Part shown: one piece after another, positions 10,418 through 19,551 of the stretch
Position numbering within the stretch: position 1 is the first letter of the stretch
Layout of the letters: every line of letters starts with the position of its first letter
Assembly: GCA_963759775.1 (NCBI GenBank)
Contig: CAVXAH010000001.1
Location: forward strand, 38,787 to 102,786
DNA length: 64,000 nt
Direction: 5' to 3'
Source of the DNA: an uncultured bacterium
GTDB lineage: Bacteria; Patescibacteriota; Minisyncoccia; Phycocordibacterales; Phycocordibacteraceae
Notes under the pieces: generated by a model
Databases searched by the model: none
Told to the model about the DNA's origin: nothing
The model's input: only the letters and a program-made list of their open reading frames with translations
Program-made: the position numbers and the translations under genes

Positions 10418-11670
10418 ATGAACATCGCTGAGGATTTGAAGGCGCGAGGGCTCGTGGAGCACTCATCTGCTGATGTCGCCACCATTCTTGGCACCCCGCG
10501 TACGGTGTACCTCGGCATAGACCCCACTGCCGACTCACTCCACGTCGGGCACTTAGTTCCCATTCTTTTTATGAAGCGGCTTGCCGCGGCAGGTCATAAG
10601 CTTGTCTTTTTGGTTGGGGGCGGTACCGGCATGATTGGCGATCCGAAAGAGAAAGGGGAGCGCGTACTGCTTGATGAGAAAACCATAAGTAAAAATACGG
10701 AGGCTCTCAAAAAACAACTTGAAGACATTTTGGGACGCTTGCCATTCAAAATGGTAGACAACGCCACATGGCTCTCTAAGGTCCGTCTTGTGCCATTCCT
10801 TCGCGACATAGGAAAACACTTCACCGTAAACGACCTCGTAAAGCGCGACCTCATAGCAAAACGCCTTGCAACTCCGGATGAGAGTATTTCGTACACTGAA
10901 TTCACCTACTCACTTCTCCAGGCCTATGATTATTTGGAATTAAATACTAAATACCACTGCGATCTTCAGGTTGGGGCTTCGGACCAATGGACGAACATTC
11001 TTTCGGGTGTTGACCTTATCCGCAAGAAAAAGGAAAAGAAGCGTTCGCGCTCACGGTTCCTTTGGTTACTGACGCGAGCGGCAAAAAGTTTGGGAAATCC
11101 GAAGGAAATGCAGTATGGCTTGACCCTGAGAAGACATCTCCGTACCAGTTCTATCAGTTTTGGCTTGGCTTACCGGACGAAGGCATAGAAAAGTATCTCA
11201 AGATTTATACTACTCTTCCGCTTGGAGACATTGAGGCACTTATGGAGAAGCATCGCGCGGCTCCACAAGAGCGCGAGGCGCAAGAGGTGCTTGCGCGTTT
11301 CGCGACTGAGTCGTTGCATGGCCCAGCAAATACCGCAGAAGCGGCGGCGGCAACCGATGCGCTTTTTGGCGGACGCTCTCTTGAAAGCCTTAGTCGCGAC
11401 GAGCGTGAGGCGGTCATACGAGAAGTCCCATCCCTCGCACTTTCAAAGAAAGAACTTGAGGCAGGGTATCCACTTACTGAAGCACTAGTGGGAGGTAAGC
11501 TTGCTTCCTCAAAGTCCGATGCGCGCCGACTTATAGAAGGGAAGGCGGTTACTCTAAGCGGGCTGTTAATCGAAAATGCAGATCAAAAACTCTATCCGGG
11601 CGACCTCAGTGGCGGCCTCGCACTCATTCGCAAAGGCAAGCGCGATGTGCTCGTTTTGGTTTTGAAATAA
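10418..11670 (+). CDS. tyrS: tyrosyl-tRNA synthetase, apparent frameshift near 11030-11040 (A-run)
   Basis: class I HIGH motif (LHVGHL), KFGKSEGN (KMSKS-like), C-terminal S4 domain; pieces 10418-11188 and 11062-11670 colinear with TyrRS; start taken as MNIAEDLKARGLVE at 10418. Confidence 0.9.
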
Positions 11671-11699
11671 ATTCCGTCTTCGCGTATACTCAAAAAACT

Positions 11700-11783
11700 G
11701 CGTCGGTAGGTAAGTGGTCAAAACACGCACGCTGTAAACGTGCTGCCCTCGCGGCTTCGGAGGTTCGAATCCTCCCCGGCGCA
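11700..11783 (+). tRNA. tRNA-Tyr (anticodon GTA), type II with long variable arm; CCA not encoded
   Basis: acceptor stem GCGTCGG/CCGGCGC (one G-U), anticodon stem GCACG/CGTGC with loop CTGTAAA, T-arm GGAGG-TTCGAAT-CCTCC; D-arm pairing weak. Confidence 0.7.
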
Positions 11784-11798
11784 CACAAAAAAGGACGT

Positions 11799-11828
11799 CC
11801 CGAGCGTGAGCTCGGGCGTTTCTTTTTG
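11799..11828 (+). terminator. rho-independent terminator after tRNA-Tyr
   Basis: cccgagc-gtga-gctcggg followed by cgtttcttttt. Confidence 0.6.
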
Positions 11829-11833
11829 TGGCA

Positions 11834-11850
11834 GCCGGGGAGGATTCGAA
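11834..11850. repeat. inverted 17-nt copy of the tRNA-Tyr T-arm/acceptor 3' segment
   Basis: gccggggaggattcgaa is the exact reverse complement of ttcgaatcctccccggc at 11764-11780. Confidence 0.8.
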
Positions 11851-12198
11851 GAGACGGAGCGGGGTACCCATTCAGCAGAATGGGTCGCGAGGCGCGGACA
11901 CGACCAAACCCAAGCGACGGCGAGGGTTTGAGTTGCGGAAGAAAAGTGTACTCACGGTCCAATCCCGGCGCTCCGCCCGCGCGGTTACGCGTCGGGCGCT
12001 GGAGCCTATGCCGCTCTCTATGCACGGTTTTGTTGGCGGGGGGTTGCGGAGCGAGGGCACGTAGCTTCGCAAGGTCGGAGCCTGACGAGGCGAGACGGGG
12101 TCGCGGAATCCGCCAGCAGGCGGATATCTGTGACAGAAGCTTGAAAAAGGAATGGAGCGGCAGGGCGAGGGTCGATTTTGGGTTATACTGAAAACTAT

Positions 12199-12996
12199 AT
12201 GGCCACGGCTACACTTACAAAAAACCTTAAACGACCTGCTCCAAAAAATACGGATTCTTTTGATAACTTTTTAAACGAAATAATTTGTGGTGATGTTATG
12301 GATGTGCTGAAAAAGATCCCTGACGGATCAATTGATATTGTCGTCACATCACCTCCCTATAATCTCAAAAACTCTACTGGCAACGGAATGAAAGATGGTC
12401 GTGGCGGTAAATGGGCAAACGCGGCACTTCAAAAAGGATATTCACATCATCATGACTGTATGCCTCACGGTGAGTATGTTCAATGGCAGAGAAATTGTTT
12501 GGCAGAAATGTTAAGAATCGTCCCGGACGATGGTGCAATCTTTTATAATCACAAATGGCGTGTACAAAACGGATTACTACAGGACCGTCAAGATATTGTG
12601 GAGGGTTTACCTGTACGCCAAATCATAATCTGGCGCAGAAAAGGCGGCTTCAATTTTAATCCCGGATATTTCGTGCCCACCTATGAAGTTATCTATCTCA
12701 TCGCCAAAAAAGATTTTAGACTTGCCCCCAAAGCAAATGGTCATGGTGATGTGTGGGAGTTCACGCAAGAAATGAATAATGATCATCCAGCAGCTTTCCC
12801 CATTGATTTGATCGATAGAATTATTGCTTCTACAAACGCGAAGACCGTTTTAGATCCTTTCATGGGTTCTGGCACCACTGCCATTTCAGCCATAAATAAT
12901 GGTCGTCACTATGTTGGTATCGAAATCTCGCCTGAATACTGCGAAATGGCAGAGAAGAGAATAAAAGACCACAAATCCCAAATTAAACTTTGGTAA
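12199..12996 (+). CDS. DNA methyltransferase, beta-class (motif IV SPPY precedes motif I FxGxG); N4-cytosine or N6-adenine
   Basis: VVTSPPYNL then DPFMGSGTT; about 40% GC versus about 55% for flanks; ATG at 12199 preferred over the TTG at 12178 used by the ORF track. Confidence 0.85.
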   Translation: MATATLTKNLKRPAPKNTDSFDNFLNEIICGDVMDVLKKIPDGSIDIVVTSPPYNLKNSTGNGMKDGRGGKWANAALQKGYSHHHDCMPHGEYVQWQRNCLAEMLRIVPDDGAIFYNHKWRVQNGLLQDRQDIVEGLPVRQIIIWRRKGGFNFNPGYFVPTYEVIYLIAKKDFRLAPKANGHGDVWEFTQEMNNDHPAAFPIDLIDRIIASTNAKTVLDPFMGSGTTAISAINNGRHYVGIEISPEYCEMAEKRIKDHKSQIKLW

Positions 12997-13000
12997 TACT

Positions 13001-13798
13001 ATGAAAAAGAAATCGGTTATCTATACCAAACCATCTCTTATCGCAAAACTAAAAGAAATTTCAGCGACGGGATGGATTCCAAATGCTCGTCACGGCAATG
13101 CTGGCGGTATTGGTAATACACTTGAGGATTTGCTCGGTATCAAAGAAAACAATTTGCCAATCCCAAATGCCGCAGAATGGGAACTAAAAACACAAAGAGC
13201 AAACACGACTTCACTCACTACTCTTTTTCACATAGAACCGTCGCCGAGAGCCATTGGCTTTGTGCCAAAAGTGCTTCTGCCGATGTACGGTTGGGCTCAT
13301 CAAGAGGATGGAAAGAAATATCCAAAAGGAGAAAAGAGTTTCCGGCAGACGATACATGGACAATCACCGAGCGACCGAGGATTTAAGGTCGTTATAGATC
13401 GCAAGGAAGAAAAGGTCCTTATCTCTTTTGACGCAGGAGGCGTGGATATAAGACACAAGAAATGGCTAACGACAGTTAAAAAGCGCATAGGGCTTACGGA
13501 ATTAAATCCACAGCCTTATTGGGGCTTTGATGATCTTGAGCATAAGGCAGGAACAAAACTACTCAATTCTTTTTACGTGCAGGCGGAAGTGAAAATTGAA
13601 GAGAAAAAAGAATTCTATCACTACACGAAAGTGATGATGCTTCAGAAGTTCAGCTTTGAGGGATTTCTCAAAGCACTTGAAGAAGGCAAGGTTCTCGTAG
13701 ATTTTGATGCTCGAACGGGACACAACCATGGAACCAAGTTTCGCCTACGCCAGGATTGTTTACCCATGTTGTACGAGAAAATAACGAAAATCCTATGA
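13001..13798 (+). CDS. Type II restriction endonuclease, MutH/MvaI-BcnI-like PD-(D/E)XK fold
   Basis: 265 aa, 5 bp downstream of the MTase; ...IPNAAEWELKT resembles the MutH catalytic (D/E)-X-K segment; size matches MvaI/BcnI family; AT-rich like the MTase. Confidence 0.55.
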   Translation: MKKKSVIYTKPSLIAKLKEISATGWIPNARHGNAGGIGNTLEDLLGIKENNLPIPNAAEWELKTQRANTTSLTTLFHIEPSPRAIGFVPKVLLPMYGWAHQEDGKKYPKGEKSFRQTIHGQSPSDRGFKVVIDRKEEKVLISFDAGGVDIRHKKWLTTVKKRIGLTELNPQPYWGFDDLEHKAGTKLLNSFYVQAEVKIEEKKEFYHYTKVMMLQKFSFEGFLKALEEGKVLVDFDARTGHNHGTKFRLRQDCLPMLYEKITKIL

Positions 13799-13925
13799 GC
13801 GACACAGATGCGCTGTATGTGATCTGGAAGCACTTGAAAGAGATAACGGGTTAACCTATCAGAGCCACCACAAAATAAAGACCGCTCTCGTGAGAGAGCG
13901 GTGAAGGTAGATGAAAGAGCGACTG

Positions 13926-14111
13926 TCAGTTTGGATTGAAGTTCGGATCCTCGGCCTCGTCACCCTCGAACATTTCGAGTTGCGGCCGATCAATCAAGTC
14001 AAACTGTCCCGCGCCCGCCAAAGGGTCACGCGGCGTGTGCGTGTCGGCTGGCCACTCCGCCCTAAACCCTTCCGCGAGCGCGTTGCTACGCGGTCCAGAT
14101 TGTGCACTCAT
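13926..14111 (-). CDS. hypothetical small acidic protein
   Basis: 61-aa ORF, GC-rich, no RBS; weak. Confidence 0.2.
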   Translation of the reverse strand: MSAQSGPRSNALAEGFRAEWPADTHTPRDPLAGAGQFDLIDRPQLEMFEGDEAEDPNFNPN

Positions 14112-14257
14112 AAATTTCCCCCGTATCTGATTCCCTGAACCCCAGGGAGATAAGACCGTCAGTTCTGTAAAGCAACCGACGATACCTCAATGGTATTCCT
14201 GGTATGAGTGATGTCAACGAATAGAGCGTGCATATCTTTATGCGACATATAAAATCT

Positions 14258-14287
14258 TGCATCAAATGCAGGAAGTGGTATAATGTA
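14258..14287 (+). promoter_or_regulatory. sigma70-like promoter (TTGCAT-16-TATAAT)
   Basis: ttgcat caaatgcaggaagtgg tataat, upstream of the 14335 ORF. Confidence 0.45.
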
Positions 14288-14334
14288 TGCAGATTTTAAG
14301 GAGTTCCCACAACACCTATCAACAAGGAGATGTC

Positions 14335-14583
14335 ATGCCCGTAAACGATATTGAGGTACCGATCATTAGTCGGCAGGCGCCTCCAGGAATGGTCCGACTC
14401 ATGCTTGGTCCAAAGGAAGAGACGTCTCGTAACAACGACGAAGAAATGCACATCCTCGATCGTCCGGCTTCGCAGCTCCCATATGTTATCGGCCGAGCGG
14501 AAGCACTTACCACGGAGACTAAGACCGGTCGGATATTTAACGACAAAAAAGTACAGCTCCATCCGAAACGTCCACGACCATGA
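14335..14583 (+). CDS. hypothetical protein
   Basis: 82 aa starting at MPVNDIEV with RBS aaggaga 5 nt upstream; no known domain. Confidence 0.35.
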   Translation: MPVNDIEVPIISRQAPPGMVRLMLGPKEETSRNNDEEMHILDRPASQLPYVIGRAEALTTETKTGRIFNDKKVQLHPKRPRP

Positions 14584-14616
14584 TGCGCCCACAAAACCTC
14601 GCGAACAACACACTGT

Positions 14617-15141
14617 TTGCGAGGTTTTTTATTTCTGCGTTTGTATGGAAGTATGTCGTCGTCAAAGCCGGAATTGGATATTCCCACCTCCTATCGAGCA
14701 ATGATAGAGAGCTCGGTTGGGGCGAATCTCTTCCGCCATCTCTATTTTCGTATAAACGGTAAAACGATTGACGTGCTTGAGGACGGCGATCTCTCCTGCG
14801 CGATGTTTGTTACTACTATTCTTCTCACATTCGGGCTGATTAAAGAATTGCACACTACTGTAAACGAAACCCTCAAAGATATTCAAGAGTCAGGTTGGTA
14901 TGAAATTCCTGAACCGCGGGCAGGAGCTCTTATCTTGTGGGGGTTCAAAAAGAAAGATGGCGGTACGCAGGGGAAACATCGTCATGTTGGATTTTTCATA
15001 GATACCGAAACTGCGATCAGCAATGATTCCGATACTCGAGTGATTCTGCGTCATCATCCAACTTACGGGACATTCCCAAACGGGGAAGCGCGACGCGATA
15101 TTCTTGCGTACTACTGGAACGACAAGTTGAACACAAAATAA
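14617..15141 (+). CDS. putative NlpC/P60- or CHAP-like cysteine hydrolase
   Basis: Cys in DLSCAMFV and His in HRHVGFF spaced about 60 aa apart as in papain-like NlpC/P60 amidases; start may be at the internal Met (14653). Confidence 0.35.
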   Translation: MRGFLFLRLYGSMSSSKPELDIPTSYRAMIESSVGANLFRHLYFRINGKTIDVLEDGDLSCAMFVTTILLTFGLIKELHTTVNETLKDIQESGWYEIPEPRAGALILWGFKKKDGGTQGKHRHVGFFIDTETAISNDSDTRVILRHHPTYGTFPNGEARRDILAYYWNDKLNTK

Positions 15142-15227
15142 AGATATCCCCCAATGAAGCTTGTGTGAATATTCTGTCGCGGTACCGTTACTAGCAGAAC
15201 CCCCGCCACCAACCGAAGGAGAAATCC

Positions 15228-15650
15228 ATGACTAACCTCATACTCCTCTTTCGGCATTGCATCGAAAGGGGTGAAGAACGACCGTACATTGACCGGTTAA
15301 TTGCAGATGCGCAAAAGCGTTTCAAAGGCCTCTACATGAAAGACGCAATGTGGTGGGAGACGAAAGAAGAATTTCACTTCAAGTACCTCATTCCACCCGC
15401 TTCGATCGTGGTTGCCGCACGGCAGTTCGCGATTCCCGTTTCGGAGATGCTCATTGCACGCCTCGTCCCAAACGGCGTTGATGTTTGCGGAAAGATGTTT
15501 CTGCTCCCCCAACGAGTTCGTCTGGAAGTGGAGCATACTTCGCTCCGCAGACCACTTGACCTCATTGCTCGTCCTCTTATTAAGGGCAGGACCAAGGCGG
15601 AAATCGTGCAAATGGCGCGTGCACTGAAACTTGAAGTCACGGCGGAGTAA
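15228..15650 (+). CDS. hypothetical protein
   Basis: 140 aa with good RBS (aaggagaaatcc ATG); no known domain. Confidence 0.5.
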   Translation: MTNLILLFRHCIERGEERPYIDRLIADAQKRFKGLYMKDAMWWETKEEFHFKYLIPPASIVVAARQFAIPVSEMLIARLVPNGVDVCGKMFLLPQRVRLEVEHTSLRRPLDLIARPLIKGRTKAEIVQMARALKLEVTAE

Positions 15651-15668
15651 CCCTCCGCCGTTTTTATT

Positions 15669-16646
15669 TTGTGGTATCTTTTTTACATGATGGGAGCGAA
15701 ACCAGTCCTTGTCTCCGGCGTAAAACCGAGCGGAGTACTCCATATTGGCAACTACTTTGGCGCAATGCGTCAGCAAGTTGAACTCTTTAAGTCGGGGAAA
15801 TACCGCTGTTTCATCTTCGTTGCGGACTATCACGCCCTGAATACAACCCAAGACGCAGCGACGATGCGCGAGCAAATACGCGACCTGGTGATGGCGTATA
15901 TTGCTGTTGGCCTAGACCCAAAAGAGGTAGTGCTCTTTAAGCAATCCGATGTGCCTGCACACACCGAACTCGCGTGGATCTTTGACACCATCACTACCAT
16001 GCCGTATCTGCAGCGCGCACACGCCTACAAAGACGCAACTGCAAAAAACAAAGAAATCAGTGTCGGCACGTTCAACTACCCCATGCTCATGGCATCTGAC
16101 ATTTTGCTCTACGACGCAAAAATTGTACCGGTGGGGCAAGACCAGAAACAGCATGTTGAGTACGCGCGCGATACGGCGGAGAAATTTAACCGTACTTTCA
16201 AAGAAGAAGTTTTCCAACTACCTGAAGCGCACATCATGGCAGACGTTGCGGTAGTGCCAGGCACTGATGGGCAAAAGATGAGCAAGAGCTACGGAAACAT
16301 CATCCCGCTCTTTGCTTCGCACGACGAACTTACGAAGCGCGTCATGAGCATCGTGACCGACTCTTCCGGAAGCCGACCAGAAAACGTATACGCCATCCAC
16401 AAACTCCTCCGCAACGAGAGTGAGCTTACTACCATATATGGTAGTAATGAAGGGAATTATAAAGCGCTTAAAGAGGCGCTTGTCGCTGACCTGGATCGTT
16501 ACCTTGCTCCCATGCGCGCAACGTACGAAGAATTGCAAAACAATCCTGACGTTATTGACGAAGTTCTTGTTGCAGGGAAGAGGGAGGCGCGTGCCGTTTC
16601 GGAGGCGAAGATGGAAAGTGTTCGGAAGGCAATAGGCGTATCATAA
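15669..16646 (+). CDS. trpS: tryptophanyl-tRNA synthetase
   Basis: class I HIGH (LHIGNYFGA) and KMSKS (KMSKSYGN) motifs, about 325 aa; true start may be the internal MMGAKP. Confidence 0.9.
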   Translation: MWYLFYMMGAKPVLVSGVKPSGVLHIGNYFGAMRQQVELFKSGKYRCFIFVADYHALNTTQDAATMREQIRDLVMAYIAVGLDPKEVVLFKQSDVPAHTELAWIFDTITTMPYLQRAHAYKDATAKNKEISVGTFNYPMLMASDILLYDAKIVPVGQDQKQHVEYARDTAEKFNRTFKEEVFQLPEAHIMADVAVVPGTDGQKMSKSYGNIIPLFASHDELTKRVMSIVTDSSGSRPENVYAIHKLLRNESELTTIYGSNEGNYKALKEALVADLDRYLAPMRATYEELQNNPDVIDEVLVAGKREARAVSEAKMESVRKAIGVS

Positions 16647-16654
16647 TTATATAT

Positions 16655-18004
16655 ATGGAACGAACACTCATAGGAGAACTTGGAAAACATACGGGAGAAA
16701 CGATTTCTATCTCAGGGTGGGTAGATGTTCGTCGCGACCAGGGAAAGCTCGTCTTTTTTGATTTCCGCGACCGAACAGGAATCGTCCAGGGCGTAGTGCT
16801 TCCAAAAAGTGAGGCCCTAGAAGCGGCGAAAGGTATCCGCAATGAATACGTCGTCCGCGTCGAGGGGGTCGTCAACAAGCGCCCAGAAAAAAATATCCAG
16901 ACGGACAAAGTAAACGGAGATATTGAACTAGAAATCAAAGCCATTGAGGTTCTCGCGCAAGCGGAAACACTTCCGTTTGACAGTGCCGCTGACCTTAACC
17001 TCGACACCCTTCTTGATTATCGCCCTCTCACCGTGCGCCGTAAGCGCGAACGCGCCCTTTTTAGAATCCAGCATGAACTGATTTCCGCATTTCGAACTTA
17101 CCTGAACGAGCAGGGCTTTACTGAATTCCAAGCTCCCAAAATAGTTGGTCCTGACGCTGAGGGTGGAGCCGGGGTCTTTAAACTTGAATACTTTAAAGAT
17201 AAGAGTGCGTACCTCGCCACCTCACCACAACTCTACAAACAACTCATGGTTGGCGCATTTGAACGCGTGTATGCCACGGGCCCACAATTTCGTGCAGAAA
17301 AACATTCAACCACCCGCCACCTGAATGAAATCTCAATGCTCGATTTTGAAATGGGATTCATCAAAGACTACACGGACGTGATGGATATGGTCGCTGGCTT
17401 TCTTCGGTATGCAACGAAACGTGTGGGAGAACGCCATGCCGAAGAACTCAAGGAATTTGGAACCCCGCTACCTCTTGCTCCAGATGCATTTCCAACGATG
17501 AAGCTTCGCGAGGCGCAGGAAATCATCTTTGCGGAAACAGGAAAAGATAAACGAGAGGAGCCTGATCTTGAGCCAGAAGATGAACGCTGGCTTTCTGAAT
17601 ACGCGCACAAGAAGTTTGGGAGCGATTTCTTGTTTGTGACACACTACCCGGTTTCCAAGCGGCCGTTTTACACGATGGAAGACCCCGAGGATCCTGGTTT
17701 TACAAAAAGCTTCGATCTTTTGTTCCGTGGCGTTGAAATTCTTTCCGGTAGTCAACGCGTTCATGAGTACCATACGCTTGTTGAAAAGATTAAGTCCAAG
17801 GGGCTTAACCCTGACAATTTTGCGTTCTATCTCATGGCCTTCAAGTATGGCCTTCCTCCACACGGTGGCATTGGCTTGGGACTCGAGCGTCTCACACAAA
17901 AATTCGCGGGTATTGAAAACGTAAAAGAGGCAACTCTCTTCCCGCGCGATATGAATCGTATTGACGTGCTTTTGTCAGCTGAAATTCCTGACGAAAAAGC
18001 ATGA
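16655..18004 (+). CDS. aspS: aspartyl-tRNA synthetase, archaeal/eukaryotic type
   Basis: N-terminal OB fold, class II motifs FRAE...HL.E and GIGLGLERL...FPRD; 449 aa without the bacterial insertion domain. Confidence 0.85.
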   Translation: MERTLIGELGKHTGETISISGWVDVRRDQGKLVFFDFRDRTGIVQGVVLPKSEALEAAKGIRNEYVVRVEGVVNKRPEKNIQTDKVNGDIELEIKAIEVLAQAETLPFDSAADLNLDTLLDYRPLTVRRKRERALFRIQHELISAFRTYLNEQGFTEFQAPKIVGPDAEGGAGVFKLEYFKDKSAYLATSPQLYKQLMVGAFERVYATGPQFRAEKHSTTRHLNEISMLDFEMGFIKDYTDVMDMVAGFLRYATKRVGERHAEELKEFGTPLPLAPDAFPTMKLREAQEIIFAETGKDKREEPDLEPEDERWLSEYAHKKFGSDFLFVTHYPVSKRPFYTMEDPEDPGFTKSFDLLFRGVEILSGSQRVHEYHTLVEKIKSKGLNPDNFAFYLMAFKYGLPPHGGIGLGLERLTQKFAGIENVKEATLFPRDMNRIDVLLSAEIPDEKA

Positions 18005-19425
18005 GGCTTGTTTTTACAAAAGGAACGATAGACGCCGCCCCCAAGGGTTATGTACGCGTGCGGATCACTCACGAACCAAAAGGAACGAGGAAGTTTGTTC
18101 GCGAGGGCGCCGTTGAGTGGCTTGAGCTCGGTGCAGGAAAACCAACGGACATGAACTACCGTAAGTTTATGGTGCTGTGCCGATCTGTTGTTCAAACCGC
18201 TAAAGGAAATAAAGCAAGAAAAATTGCTATTCAGTTTGACCGTACTCCTGAATTTTTTGAAAATTTGCAGAACCATACGCCTGAAGAAATTTCACGTGTC
18301 GCGGCAGAGAATTTTGAGATGGCGAACTTTGACTGGAATGTCTTTAAAACGAAACCAAAAGAGGGGTGGAATACGGTAGAAGAAATCCTCCTCTACGGCG
18401 GGTCTTCAAAGTCAATTGAGAAGGCTGCGCAAGTGGGTCAGATGGTGGGGCAGGGCGTAAATGCCTGCCGGGCACTTGCAAACACCCCAGGGGGCGACAT
18501 GACTCCCCTGAAGCTCGCCAAAGCCGCAAAAGAGGCTGTAAAAGGGCTTGCCGGTCAAGGTAACTACCCTTGGGCAAGAAAGAGATGGAAAAGCTTGGTA
18601 TGGGGGCTCTTTTGGGGGTCGCAAAAGGGTCGTCCGAGGAGCCTACATTTACCGTCATGGAGTACCGAGCTGGCGGCAAAGAAAAGCCCAGTCGTGCTTG
18701 CCGGTAAGGGAGTTACGTTTGATAGCGGCGGACTCAATTTGAAACCCTCCGGAAGCATTTATGAAATGCATATGGATATGTCGGGTGCCGCTTCTGTCAT
18801 ACACGCCGTTGCGCTCGCCGCTCGTCTCAAACTCAAAAAGAATGTCATCGGACTTCTTCCGTCCGTTGAAAACATGCCGGGCAATAGCGCGTATCGCCCC
18901 GGAGATGTGCTCAAATCTCTTTCTGGAAAAACTATTGAGGTCTTGAATACGGATGCAGAGGGTCGCCTGATTCTTGCCGATGCACTTACGTATGCAAAAC
19001 GTTTCAATCCGTCAGTTGTATTTGATGTAGCGACACTCACTGGTGCAGCAGTCTCTGCGCTTGGTCTTCATGCAAGCGGACTCATGACGCGCGACGACAA
19101 AGTCGCGAAAAAAGTGGAGGAAGCGGGCGAGGAGTCGGGAGATTATGTGTGGCGTCTCCCGCTTTGGGATGAATACGAAGAAGCGATAAAGGGAACGTTC
19201 GCTGATATCACTAATTCCGCAACGGGCCCGTACGCGCGTTCTGGCGGCGCAATAGAGGGCGGCATGTTCCTCTGGCAATTTGCAAAAGAACTCGGAGTGC
19301 CCGTGGGTGCATCTTGATATTGCGCCACGGATGACTGCGGCGCCGGGAGACGAGCTTGCGAAGGGTGCGGCCGGAGCCCCCGTGCGACTCCTGGTAAAAT
19401 TTATAGAACAATGGCCGTCACACTA
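18001..19425 (+). CDS. pepA: leucyl aminopeptidase (M17 family), with clustered apparent frameshifts (near 18550, 18575, 18690, 19300)
   Basis: NTDAEGRL signature and VLAGKGVTFDSGG; alternative frames encode KKEMEKLGMGALLGVAKGS and the true C-terminus WVHLDIAPRM...VRLLVKFIEQW ending at 19425. Confidence 0.85.
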
Positions 19426-19548
19426 AACAGTGTTGCCGCACGCACGATTACGAGAGTGGTACTATTTAAAAATGACTTTCCCTACACGAAAATCCCCAAG
19501 TCCTAATGACGGTGCGGCCAAAGCCGCGACACCGTTTTAGTGTGTCGG
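19415..19548. repeat. MITE-like element (family B), TIR CCGTCACACTAAAC / GTTTTAGTGTGTCGG, filling the pepA-scpA junction
   Basis: each TIR is the exact reverse complement of the opposite TIR of the GIY-YIG element at 22259-22542; the left TIR contains the pepA stop codon. Confidence 0.75.
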
Positions 19549-19551
19549 CCA

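Noticed and set aside
11651-11675. gttttgaaataa at the tyrS 3' end as a third family D repeat terminus
   Set aside because: This is a 12-nt match lying inside the conserved tyrS coding sequence with no partner inverted repeat, and most likely coincidental.
11826-12180. tmRNA or RNase P RNA in the GC-rich region after tRNA-Tyr
   Set aside because: The tRNA-like segment is simply an inverted copy of the tRNA-Tyr 3' portion. There is no tag-peptide ORF with a tRNA-like acceptor, and no RNase P P4 consensus (AGGAAAGUCCGG / ACAGAACCCGGCUUA) on either strand.
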